DNA of 58,417 nt, filler included, from Sphacelaria rigidula (taxonomy: Eukaryota): NCBI GenBank assembly GCA_964200075.2. It is 7 parts of 7 records of this genome, joined end to end, with 100 filler letters (N's around TTAATTAATTAA, not from the genome) between each part and the next. Parts side by side here need not be neighbours in the genome. Positions count along the whole stretch, not along the records: positions 41,800 to 50,058 come from CAXNAA020011748.1; positions 50,159 to 58,417 come from CAXNAA020011749.1; 5 more parts are not named here. One strand, 5' to 3'. The notes beneath the pieces were generated by a model. The model did no database searches, was not told the DNA's origin, and worked only from the letters and a program-made list of their open reading frames with translations. Of this stretch, positions 47,336 to 58,417 are shown in pieces; the first letter of the stretch is position 1; every line of letters starts with the position of its first letter. The translations under genes and the position numbers were made by a program.

Positions 47336-50058
47336 CTGTTGCCGCAAATAAAGGAAGCCAAGGTGAAGCAGGAAGCACAGGTACCGAAGTCGCAACAGTG
47401 CGTTGTGCTGTGTAGCCATGCTCTCGACCCTCACGACGGCTGCTGGGTTTTCGGCACATGTGTACGGCAACAGTGTCCGCGACGCAGTACAACGTGACTT
47501 CTGAGCGATCGTGTTTTGGATGTCAGGATTGAGAATGATGTTGCAGTATCGCCTGCACGACGAGTGTACTTACAAGTACCATGCCAACGTTCTTGAACAG
47601 CCATCGCCAGTCGGTGAACTACGGTGTGTCGAGTATCCTGCCAGTTTTGTGCTGTTCCATTCCCATGGTGACGTCAGTCAAGGCTGAAGGCACTTCTGCA
47701 TTGCCAGTGTGGAGCCTTGTACGTTACTCGACGTCGCGACAACTTCACCGAGACAAACGATCCCTTGGACCGAGGAGTAGGATTGAGATTGTGACCACGA
47801 ACGAACCAACGCGCCGACAGGAGATGTTACACGCCCAGCCAGTTGCTGTAGTGTACGATAGAACGACAGCATGGTTAGTTGTTCTGTGTTTCGGCTTGCC
47901 TATGTTGCGTTATGATACGGCGATCCACGCTGTAAGTAGTGGGTGTTGATCCGTCATCGGTATATAGTCTTCGCGAATCCACACGAAAATGTAAAACAAA
48001 AAAAACTCGGAGGTGCCCAAGACGCGTATGCACGTAGCGTCTACGCCCCCATTCGTATTTTCCGTTTTTTTCTCGTGAACTGGGAGCTGAGCACCGGCAG
48101 CTTTTCCTCCACCTAGTTGTCACGGCATGCACGAGAAAGAGAAAAAGGACGAAGAAATATAACTTCATGGCCGTTGGTTGAATTACACGTTTCCGCCATG
48201 GGAAGTGCTAACCTTTGATGGTGGCGCGCCCGAGCACGGCGCGTTGATTCCAGGCGCGCCTCTTCACCTTTTCGGATGACATGGTAGGAGCATGTGATCT
48301 TTTCGTTTGGTACGTGAAGTCAATGTGGTTCTACCAAGGCTAAGGCGAGAGGTGTGTCGTTCTCTTTTTGTATTGATGTCCGATTTGACGTGGTCCTGGG
48401 GAGAAGTACTGAGAATGGTTGCCATTAGCTGACGAAGTGAAGTTTGGTTAATTTTGTCTGCTGTCCCATGCCACCGAATAAGATGCGAGAGGCGCGGTGC
48501 TCGCTGCTCATGTCTGGTCACTCGAAACACAAAACTGGTACAGGAGTCACGTAGTTGAACGACTGTACATCTGCCACGATGCAAAATACATGTACACTGA
48601 ATCTCACACACAATGAAAACGAATTACAGATATGCAAGCACAGCTATGGGTGCGCCTGACCCCTCCATATGGGCAAAACAAATTGTCACCGACCAAAACA
48701 TGAAAAGACCGCAGACCTTCTTAATCTCCCAGTGATCCACGCCGTAAAATCACCCGAAGTACTTGTGATTTGTGTGGGGTTTTTATTTCACGGTTTCGCA
48801 TTTTCTCGTCCCAGACTACGAACCATGGCATGGCTCGGCTACTCACCGGCGTGTATTTGTCTAAGCTACAGTCTTTGTGCACAATTTGGCGAAAGGAATT
48901 ATGGTGATCGAGAAAATCGCAATAAACCTTCCTGGTTTGAATTCCCCACTCAATTCGTCATGAAACTCGGATCCTGGTGGGATGAAATATTTCATACATC
49001 AAAGTTGTAGCTATGCTTTTGGCGCAGATGATGCAAAACGTCGTATCCCAATCGATGGCCTCCGTTAGTACGAGCTGAGCCAGCCTAGACACGGATTTAA
49101 GCTCTCAAAGCAATATCTCGTCGACACTGACGAGTTGGGCCATGATCCGTATATTGTATTAATCGTGTAACGGTGCCCATCTGCTCAAATTTTAGGCCCA
49201 CATTTTCTCGTTGATTGAGACCCATGTCTAGTGATTCCTATACCTAAGGGAGATAACGTCCATACTAAAATCTCTATGAAACCCCCGATCGATGCATTCG
49301 GTGGATGACGAAATTTGGTGTGGACATTTCCTGGAGCACGGGGAGACGATAGATGCCCTCACCTTCACCTAATTCGTAATCTATCTCGAGATATGACGCA
49401 CATAAGTTTCCATACTAAAACCAGTATATTACGAGCAGATGCGCTAGATTGGCCAACCTGGATATCGCGTCTCAGGTTTTGAGAGTTATGCTATAAACTT
49501 TCGTTTTGAGAACCGCTAGTGCATAATAAAGCTTGTAAACACAGCTTTTTTCACTTTTTTTGCCTTCATTTTTTTCGGTATTTTTGGGCAGTTTTGAGGA
49601 GAAATGAACACTGCTTTTGGGCCTCATGTCAATGTTTTAGCTCAATTTTTAGAATTGTAATTTGAAACTCAGGATAAAGAACCACAGAGGTATGCCGAAT
49701 TAAAAAAAAAAATGGGCCCTCAGTTTTTTTGGGGTAGAGGTTCGTCTTCTCGTAAACAGTGGCGGTTTTCATACTTGAACGCCCTTAACCAGTGGGAAAA
49801 AAAAAAATCAACCTTCACCACTTTATTTCGTCAATTATGCCCTAGCCACGGCCCACACAAAGTTTCAATACATAAACACCAAACGTGGGCCGGTAAGTGG
49901 CCTGCAAAATACTGTTCCGAATTTTCTCTGATCCCATCACTAAGCAGCCCATTATATGGCTAATACTTGGAGTTGGACCCTGAAATTTGGTATGGACAAT
50001 GAATAGGGCATAATAAAAAAAACTACCAGTGCACACAAGGCTTTTTTAGAAGGGTGAG

Positions 50059-50158
50059 NNNNNNNNNNNNNNNNNNNNNNNNNNNNNNNNNNNNNNNNNN
50101 NNTTAATTAATTAANNNNNNNNNNNNNNNNNNNNNNNNNNNNNNNNNNNNNNNNNNNN
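50059..50158. other. Artificial contig spacer
   Basis: Same spacer. Confidence 0.98.
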
Positions 50159-51952
50159 GAACAGGCGCACAATCAGCCCGGCGGGACGATGTTCGACGCC
50201 GAGCGGAGGCAGATCCTCCACCGAAGGAGGCGAGCGCACGGAGACGTCCCCGACAGGGGCAGTGGTGGGACCGCTGTCCGCATCAGTGTCTACTGAAAGA
50301 CGGGCGGCAGCAGGAGTCGGGCTCGTGTCTGCAGTGGCTGCTGCAGCAGGCGCAGTGATCACGGTAGTGGCGGCTGCAGCGGTAGTGGGAGCGGCAATGG
50401 TTGTCTCCCTCGTAGGCTCAGTAGCAGTGGTGGCGCCCTTTGTGTCCATTGTTGCTGTTGCTAGGTGTCGTTCAAGATCTGTCAAACTTTGTTGCAGAGA
50501 ACGAATAAGCGCAGCATCGGAATGGGATGGTGGTTCGCGGTCAGTGCGTTCTCGTCGTTTGTGCGATGGGGTGCGGTCCGATCCTGCAAAGGAGGATTCC
50601 GGGGTAGGTGACATGTCCGAAAATATGTTTTGGATGTCGTCAGCATGGACCGTGTTATCATAGAGTACGTAACGGTTGTGTGACAAAGGCTGAGCAGTAG
50701 AGATGCGCGAAGGTGCATGATCGGAGTTGTTCGAACGCGAGTTAACGCGCGAAGAACTTGATCTGGGCCGCAAGGCATCTTCGTGAGTACGGCCATGGTT
50801 AGCTATCACCGGGCGCTTTGTAGCGCGAGATGAATTGGAAGTATGGCGTGAACTGCCTCCAGATTTGTGTCCATGAGCGATATCCTTCGGGCGTGTGCAA
50901 GCGCGCGATGAATTCAAGCTTTGCTGGGAGTGGCCCTTAGAACTGCCAGAACGGGAGACAAGGTCATGACCAAGCCTCGGTTTGCGGCGCCGGGCAGAAG
51001 CACGAGTATGGCTCTGTTGCGACGGTGAGGAAGGGCTGGACATATGTTCGTTGAATTTATCATGAGTGACGAACGGAGGACGCGATGTCGCCAAACGGGT
51101 CGGTAGACGTACGAGTTTGGGCGTGGCAGGTGCAAAATCATCATTGAATTGCACATGAGCAGGCGCCGACTGGTCTTGGAGCGTGGCGTGGCAAAAAGCC
51201 GTAAATGCCTCGATGAGAACTGGCGCTGGCGCTGGCGCTGGCGATGACATCGAGGAGATGCGACGCAGAGTTTGCATGGCAGCATGCATGGCCGCAACTG
51301 CAGGTCCGACCATGGATTGCGCAGTAGGGCGCATGGGACTATCAAGAGTCGTGCGAAGGGGGTCCGTACCGGAAGCAGCCCGTGTGACAAAGTCTCTTGC
51401 TCCAGAAGCGATGCGCTTCGTCGGGACAGAATCGTCTCGAGAGTTGTCAGCCGTCAAGCGACGGGGTGCCATGGTTGAAGCAACCGTGGCAGGGCCGAGC
51501 TGGACACGTGTGTCCAGGGGCAACGACTCGACTGAGGGCACAATCCTGACTCCGGATTCCATATTGGGATTCGGGAGACCAGGGGCCAGCGAGGGGTGTG
51601 CGACGGAATCCACCGTTATGGGATCACTGACATGCGCGTCAGGACCCAATGACTCGGCCGGTTGCACTACCATGTTCTCTGAGTTCGGTTTGGAACGTGA
51701 GAGAACAGGTCTCGGCGTCGAAGTCTGGTCTTCAAGCCTTGAAGAACGAGCTTCGCTCGAGTGTTGGTCTTCAGATCCCGAAGAACGAACAGCGCTCGCA
51801 TACGTGCGGCGATGCGTTGAAGGTGGCGTGCCGCTCATCTTAAATGATTTTAAACCGCTTGTAGTCTGGCTTCGGGTCCGGCGAAGCGATTGGTTTCCCA
51901 ATTGAGGGGAGGAGTCAGCGATATTGTTGTGCGACATGATATTAGTACGCAA
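50159..51952 (-). CDS. Uninterrupted ORF of ~600 codons, Ser/Arg/Pro/Ala/Thr-rich and probably disordered, open at the contig end; likely a retroelement ORF (gag/ORF1-like)
   Basis: About 1.8 kb has no stop and no apparent introns in an intron-rich genome. I recognise no domain in the part present. Confidence 0.55.
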
Positions 51953-52100
51953 CCTTTATTTCAAAAGGCAGGTGCAGTATGTCTGGTCTGTGAGCTCTAA
52001 TTAAAGGAGCGTGACAAACGAGCTGCTACGTGTGAAAGTCGGAGCTTATATCCGGAATTACTGGAAACCTAATAGCGCCTGGGGGGACCGTGGGACCCGA

Positions 52101-53346
52101 TGTGCTTGAGTAATTTATTCAAGTGAATTGATGTATGTAACAACTATGTCCGGGGTCTGGTCAGTACAACTTTATTAAGGTTGTGGCGGTTAGGGCTTTC
52201 AACGGAGCTCGGAATGGTGCACAGAACAGACGTATGTCGTCGAAGAAAACAACGAGGACCCGATTGTCTGCAGCAACTTTGGTACGTGGAAATCGGAAAA
52301 CCTACACGTGTTCCGGGTGTGCGTGACAGGCAGACTACAACTGTACTATCGCGGGGCAGGCTGAGGAGCAACTGGCGGTGTGCAACTGAAATTGTTTGCT
52401 TTCAGATGCGCACGAAAGTGGCACAGTGCGAACCAGCACAAAAGCTGTTACAAAGCTTGGGTATGGAGCCGCGAAATCTGACTGCGTAGTGCACAGGCAA
52501 AGGGGCACTGATTTCAGGTGCTGCGTGGTCAAGTGAGCACGTAACGGAGGTTGAAATTTTCAACTAGTAGTATTCCCACGAAACAACGAAGTTGTTCGTT
52601 CGTAGAGGGGTCAAAGGGTAAAAGACTTACAGTACGTGACGCTAGGTGTTGTTACTCACGGTGATTTAACGCGTTCGTTGCGGTACAGTTGTACGAAGTA
52701 CACAAGGGGACAACAAGAACAAAGTAGTCACCAGCAAAGAAGCTAAGGCTACAACAACAAGAAGGCAGATACGAGCAACGAAGGTAAAGGGCCGGAACAA
52801 ATCGAAGTTCGTGTACGGATGTCCGTTATCACACTGTGTGAGCACGGGATGTACTTGTTCAGTAATTTCGTGAAGAAAATATACAACAGTCGCAATCGAT
52901 ACGGAAAAATAAGAGCAGCAGAGTGCCGGCTTGGCAGGAACTCAGATCAGGAACAGCGGCTCGCGATTAACAACAGTGCCCTTGTGCACTGGTGTTCTGA
53001 ACAAACCTGTAGTAGAAGGCTTTTTCTGTAGAAGAAAAAGGGGGCCACGGGGGCAAATACACGAGCCAACTATGGCTTCGTGCGGTGGCCGTACCGGCCT
53101 GGTGAAACACGAAAGATACCCTGGGGCCTTGTGCAGGTGCTGTCAAATTGACAGCACGGCAGAATAGCAAGCAGTGCGTGCTGACTCCACGTTGACCACA
53201 CAAGATGTGGCGTCGAGCGCTACAGCAATTGCAAGTAGCACAGCACGAATACACTTGACCGAGAGACACACGGGGCAGAAGCTTGAGAGCTGCTGACTAC
53301 CTTGAAAATGCACGGAGGTCGTTGAGGTCGCCGTGTTTTTACGACA
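52101..53346 (-). mobile_element. Candidate 3' LTR of the Copia element
   Basis: On the minus strand a purine tract AGAGGGGCA (53355-53347) is directly followed by TGTCG; an alternative is GAGGGGGC|TG at 53430. The distal end, AATAAA...CA at ~52101, is a guess because the 5' LTR is off the contig. Confidence 0.4.
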
Positions 53347-55729
53347 TGCCCCTCTGGACCTTGAAACAAAATGCACTCGAATAAAACAATCAAATCAACC
53401 AATCAAATTTTTAACAGAAAAATAAATTCAGCCCCCTCAAAATCCAGTGGCTTGGGTGATGACACTCGAAAATAATCGAAAGGTCGAAGTTGAGCGTTGA
53501 CGATGATGATCGAAGTTGAATGTTGTGCCCGATTAATATTCGTTATCTCCCAAATTCGGTGATAGCCTTCAGCAGTCTCTGATGTACAATTCCATCACAT
53601 TTTTTGGTGAGAAGATCGGCTAATTGTTCTGAAGATCGTACGTAGTTAATCCTTAGTTGTCCGGCTCGGATCATATCTTTTAAATCAAAGAACCATATCG
53701 CCAGGTGTTTCGAGCTGGTGCTAAAGTTGGCGTTCGAAGACAGATGAAGTGCGCCTTGTGAATCCGAGTAGATGGTCGCGGGCTCAATAGATGACCACTC
53801 AAGCTCTCGTAAAGGATTGAAGAGATACGTTCCGAATTTTCCGCTTTTCGAAACGGCAATTAACTCCGCTTCTGTCGTTGAAGTAGCTGTAATACGTTGT
53901 AGACTCGAAGTGAAATGAACTAGCCCGTTAGACAGGAAAAATAACGTCCCCGTCGTGGATCGCATATTTCCCTGAAGCGCCGTTGGGTCGAACGTCTCGA
54001 AGCCAGGCGGTTGTCTACATAATACTGTTTCCTGTCGCTTTCCATGCAAAGAAGCAACTTGTACGTCGAGGGCTAAGATAGGCCAACCTTTCGCAGTAGC
54101 ATTTGCCAGTAATAATCGCTGACTTTCCAACCTGCAAACTGGAGCGGAAGTACTCCCGCAGTCGAGTCCATGCCTCTGAGACCAACCTTAAACCACCAAC
54201 CGAGCTTTAAAACGCCCGTCGGCCTTGATCTTAAAGACCCACCTTGTATCGATGATGTTGTCGTTGCTGGTAACAGAGGAGCTGGTCGGGATGGTTTCGG
54301 CTACTTCATGATTTTCAATACTTTGAAGTTCGTCCAGCTTGTCTGCTTTTCATTTCTTCGCGTATGGTGAGATCGATGCCTGTCGATAGTTGGTAGGGAC
54401 TGAAATTGACGCGGGTGGTGCATCCTGTTCAACTCCGACAGTGCCTCTGTACTGACGTACCGTTTCCAGTGTTGCTGCAGCATGTTGACCCCCAGAGGAC
54501 AGGAAGGCTAGTCGCTTTAGCTCAATAGCTTGCCATTTGTGAACGGGTCCAGAAGGATGATGGTTGGGACCGCCGGCTGAACGCAACCTCCTTTGGGCGA
54601 TTCGCGGCCCTATAGTCGGGGACTTGTCCTCCGTGGTGCTGTCCTCTAGCTGAGCTATACCATCGTAGATATTTATGTTGAAGTTATTTGTGTCGTCACG
54701 CTGTTCCTGATCGACTGCAGATACGTCGGGTTCCTGGATATCCAGTATCGAAAAATCTTCATTACTGTAAGGAGCTCCTGTTACTTGTTCGATGAAAGTG
54801 ACGTTTCTGGAGCTGGATATTTTCCCGAGTAGCGGTTGTAGATGCGGTACGACGGACTATCGGAATCATACTCTACTAGCACTTCTTTCCAAGCCTTTTC
54901 TTCTAACTTACTGTGATGACGCTCCCTGTGCACGAACGCCCTCGAGCCGATTGTCCGCAAGAATGATAGCTTCGGTTGCTTAAGAAACATCCGACAACAT
55001 GGGGTGTCGCCTCCAATGCTCGTGTGCGGTAGACGGTAATTACAAAGAATGCAGTTGCAGCAATTTCTCCCCAAAGACGTTTCGGTAAATTCGATTCGTT
55101 CAGGGGGCAACGTATAACGTTCACGATACTCCACCTGTCTCTTTCACTGATGCCATTCTGCTGAGGAGTGTATGGGCTGGTGAACTCTTGACGGATACCC
55201 GTAGTTTTGCAGTACCTCTTGAAATAGTCCGCGAGATATTCACCCCCGCGGTCTGACCGCAGACGGTGCACACGGAGTCCTAAAGGAATAGCCAAATCTT
55301 GGATGAACCTGCAGAGCGTAGTTAGGGTCTCACCCTTCGTTTTGATGAAGTAGACTGCCTTGAAACGCGTGAAGTGATCCTTACATTTTGCCATGTAACG
55401 ATAGCCCCCCTGCGCCATGGGCGTGATCGGTCCTGTTAGGTGAGTGCTGACCAGTTGCAGTCGTTCCGAAATATTCGTGGAGTCAACCGTCTTGGGGTGG
55501 TCCTGCTGTACACTTTTATAAATTTTGCACGTTACACAAGATGACGGTGGCCACTCAAAGTTCACACCTGACTCAGGGATATTCAGTAGACGGCGCATGA
55601 CCTGCTCCGTGGGATGTCCAAGTCGCCTATGCCAAGTGTCTGCTCCTGTCGTGGTAGACAAAGCTGTCGGGTCTGCTCCCGCCGTGGCCGACGTGGCTGC
55701 TGAAACTCCCGGCATGTCGTGGTGAAGAA

Positions 55730-56169
55730 CACGGGATCTTACAAATTGGGGATGGATCTTTTATTGGGGATGAGGAACCCGGAGAATTAAAACCTTCGTA
55801 TCCACACGGAATCTTCGAAATATGATTTCATTTTTTCATCTACTGATAACTATTGACAACTACTACCCGCTATAGAAATTTGGATTTCGATCACCGGAAA
55901 GATGGGGTGCCAGGTGAAAAAATATTTTGGGGTAATTTCGGGTGTCCGAACGGACGCCAAAATGGTTCCGAAATTGGTTTCTCACCTATGACCGCAACAT
56001 TTCGGTGATCGAAATCCAAGTTTCTATGGCGTGTAGTCGGTGTCAATAGCCATCAGTAGATGAAGAAATTGAGCCATATTTCGAAGATGTGGTGTGCATA
56101 CGAAGATGTTAATTCTCCGGATTTCTCATCTCCAATTAAAGATCCATCCCCAATCTGTAAGATCCCGTG
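55730..56169. mobile_element. 440-bp foldback MITE with ~190-bp TIRs (CACGGG...CCCGTG) nested in Copia pol
   Basis: The arms cacgggatcttaca(a/g)attggggatggatcttt...ttggatttcgatcaccg align in reverse. It interrupts the protease-integrase linker (..AEAIQ | ..HHDMPGV). Confidence 0.9.
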
Positions 56170-56262
56170 TTGAATGGCTTCTGCAACAACGGCTGTCCCG
56201 ATGCTCATAGACTCTCCTGACATAATTGTAGCTGTAAATGCTGAGCTGTTATTGATACTACC

Positions 56263-56519
56263 GAGCAATGCTACGGTAGGGGTGCACTTTTTTCGCGAAT
56301 TTTTGTCTGGTTCTGGGGCTCCTAAGGATTCTAGACGCACAAGGATATGGTCCAGGGCATCCCCGTTTGCACATTTATTCGGGATATCCCCAGCACATTG
56401 GAATAGTAACCCTGGCGTACTCTCGCATTTTGTTGTAAGTCGTGTTTTGGATGAGATAAGGGGCTCCGAACAATTCCAACCTCAGAACTTATTTCTGTAC
56501 CCCTACCGTAGCATCACTC
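56263..56519. mobile_element. 257-bp Sola-like MITE nested in Copia pol
   Basis: TIR GAGCAATGCTACGGTAGGGGT / ACCCCTACCGTAGCATCACTC with a perfect 4-bp TSD, TACC (56259-62 / 56520-23). Excision restores the pol frame (REPG-SINNSS). Confidence 0.9.
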
Positions 56520-58417
56520 TACCCGGTTCCCGAGAAACTCTCACGCTGACGTACTGTAACGCTCCGTTGCTGTCACTGTTGATGGGCACTTTAAACTTTC
56601 CAAGGTCCACGTGAGACTCGTGAGAAATTATAGTCGAATTCCCGTTCGCAAGAGCTTGCAGAGGGGAGAACAAATGTTTCCCCAAACCTGGGACAATCAC
56701 GGCTGGGAGCCGAACAGAACGTTGGTACCCCTCAGAACCAATGACGTCGGTGTTGAGAACTCCTTTTGCTGTACCATACAGGAGATGGTGTCCCGCTGTT
56801 AAAATAGTCATCGGGGGATCAAGTTTGACAACCTCGATCGTTTCACCTTCGATATCGGGCAGCAACTGATCATCCAGAAAGTGTCCAGTGCTGCCGCTGT
56901 CCAATGTCAACTGAAAAGAAATTTGATCGGATGTATCAGTGACATGTGAGCCAGAAAGAAAAGAAAATCCCACATCGTTTGGTGAAGATGAATCTATCAC
57001 CGTCGCAGCTGTTGACGAAGAAGTTTGTAGGCCGTTGTTGTTCGATGTTACGGTTGTAGAAGCTAAATCGGCGACGGCTGTATTGGCTTGGCGTTGATGT
57101 CCGTCAGAGTTGTTGCTGCCGATGTTGCTGCTGTCGCTGTTCCTGGCGTTGTTGTTGCTGCTGTTGTCGCGGTTGTTATTCCGATGGCGGGAATTTCTAC
57201 GAGGGTGATGGTTATTGTTGTTTCCAGCGTTGTTGATCGCATTCCCGCTGTTTTGTTAAGATCTACACTCAGAATCGTCATGCTTGTCAGTATGATGGAA
57301 ACTGCACCATTTTACAGCCCTGTTCCCATGGTTTGACTGCAATTTAGAACTCAAGTCTCTGGCCTGATGTCCTGGCCTCCCGCAGGTGTAGCAATTTCCA
57401 CGGAATTTCTGGGGTGGATTCGAAGACTTCGACAGTGATGCCACCAGCGAGGATGAATCGCGGCCATGCGATTAGCATACATATTTCGCATTGTTGTTTC
57501 GATGCTCTGAATACTGAGATCTGGATCACGCTCCGCATTATATTTGATGAGGTCATACTCGCTTGTCAAACCTTCGATTACTATGTCAGTCAGTCTCTCT
57601 TTGGAAATGACCTCGCCAACGTTGCCCAGTTGGCCCCGAAGCTGATACACTCTGCTCAAGAACGTATCAGGGTCTTGCTCTGGTGACATAGTGACGTTGT
57701 TGAGTTTTCTCATCAAGATCCTGATTCTCTGCTTCGAAGAATTTTGATACTTGGAAATCAAAGCCTCCCCTGCACGTTTGTCGTTTGGTCTCTCGGAACC
57801 CCTCGGCTGGAAACGCAACAAATAACTCTCTGCAGGACCGGTTGTAGACAGGTACAAAACGTGGAGCAATTGTTGATTGCATCGGTCCCAACTCTCTATC
57901 TCATGCGTGTTAGAAGTCTGCCACACATTTGACACCACGCTGGGAGAGCGAGATTCTTGTGTAGAATGGTAGTCTTCTTCAGTAGGTCCAGTGTCGTCAA
58001 CCGCTGCTATCGTCTCGTCCCCCGCGGTTGCCTCCACGGATGATGAATGCGGTCGAACGGACTACTGCTGGCGGGCGGTTTGAGAACGAGTTCTAGGAGG
58101 GCTAGGTCTTGTGGCAGCTGGGTGTGGCAGGTCTACCTCAGAAAAACGTTCTTCGAGAATTTCCGCGGGGCAATCGACCCCGTTGAGGATATCCGCAATC
58201 CCCGGGTGAGTTCAATAAATGATAGCGCGCGTAAAGCGCATCCACTCGACGAACTTTGTACCGTCGAACTTGTTGATGCTCTTGATGAGCTGAATCACAG
58301 ATGGCTCTCCCGACATATTCATCTGCCTCACGTTACTAGTAACACGTTCTCTTCACACCTAACAGCCGATCCTAATTTTTGGGGTTGAAACATAATATGA
58401 GGTTGAAGTCCCATCCC

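Larger units (their letters stand above)
53543..58322 (-). mobile_element. Ty1/Copia LTR retrotransposon gag-pol, decayed
   Basis: Domain order is Gag (KFDGTKFVEW; zinc knuckle CYTCGRPGH), protease (LDSGSTGHF), integrase (WHRRLGHP, CVTC, LRSDRGGEY, PQQNGISER), RT (TRWVFKIK, FKARLV, LDVQVASLHG, QPPGF), RNase H (RSTTG, STTEAEL, YSDSQGA, QLADLLTK). This is the Copia order. It has stops, frameshifts, two MITE insertions and an RT deletion. Confidence 0.96.

Noticed and set aside
41850-48620. Scattered 60-180-aa ORFs in contig 6; also 24326-24814 and 18244-18978 in contig 3
   Set aside because: I recognised no motifs and could not build a supportable exon chain.
50262-51905. Plus-strand ORFs of 133 and 240 aa
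   Set aside because: They are antisense shadows of the long GC-rich minus-strand ORF.
58400-58417. Copia primer-binding site (minus-strand GGGATGGGAC, resembling GGTTATGGGCCC)
   Set aside because: Only a partial match at the contig edge, with no LTR visible to anchor it.

Overview
Eukaryotic, repeat-rich, intron-rich DNA. It is most likely from a stramenopile such as a brown alga; that is my inference from the 0.3-2 kb introns, (GT)n and poly-G tracts and the TE types, not a database result. The window is not one locus. It is seven unrelated contigs of 8260/8259 bp joined by artificial N-TTAATTAATTAA-N spacers. Recognisable genes are the last four exons of an asparaginyl-tRNA synthetase (minus strand, 3617-7835) and eight exons of a large surface-type protein with an EPN-motif C-type lectin domain and two GC-AG introns (minus strand, 33739-38643). 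Transposable elements include a decayed Ty1/Copia internal region carrying two nested MITEs, endonuclease and RT fragments of a LINE family, a tRNA-headed (CA)n-tailed SINE, and MITEs with Tc1-like (TA), hAT-like (8 bp), piggyBac-like (TTAA) and Sola-like (4 bp) target duplications. There are also several long foldbacks and tandem arrays. The most unusual signal is that the LINE family's 3' ends run into C-rich rather than A-rich tails, and where target duplications are visible they begin with C's. This suggests C:G-primed retrotransposition into G/C tracts.
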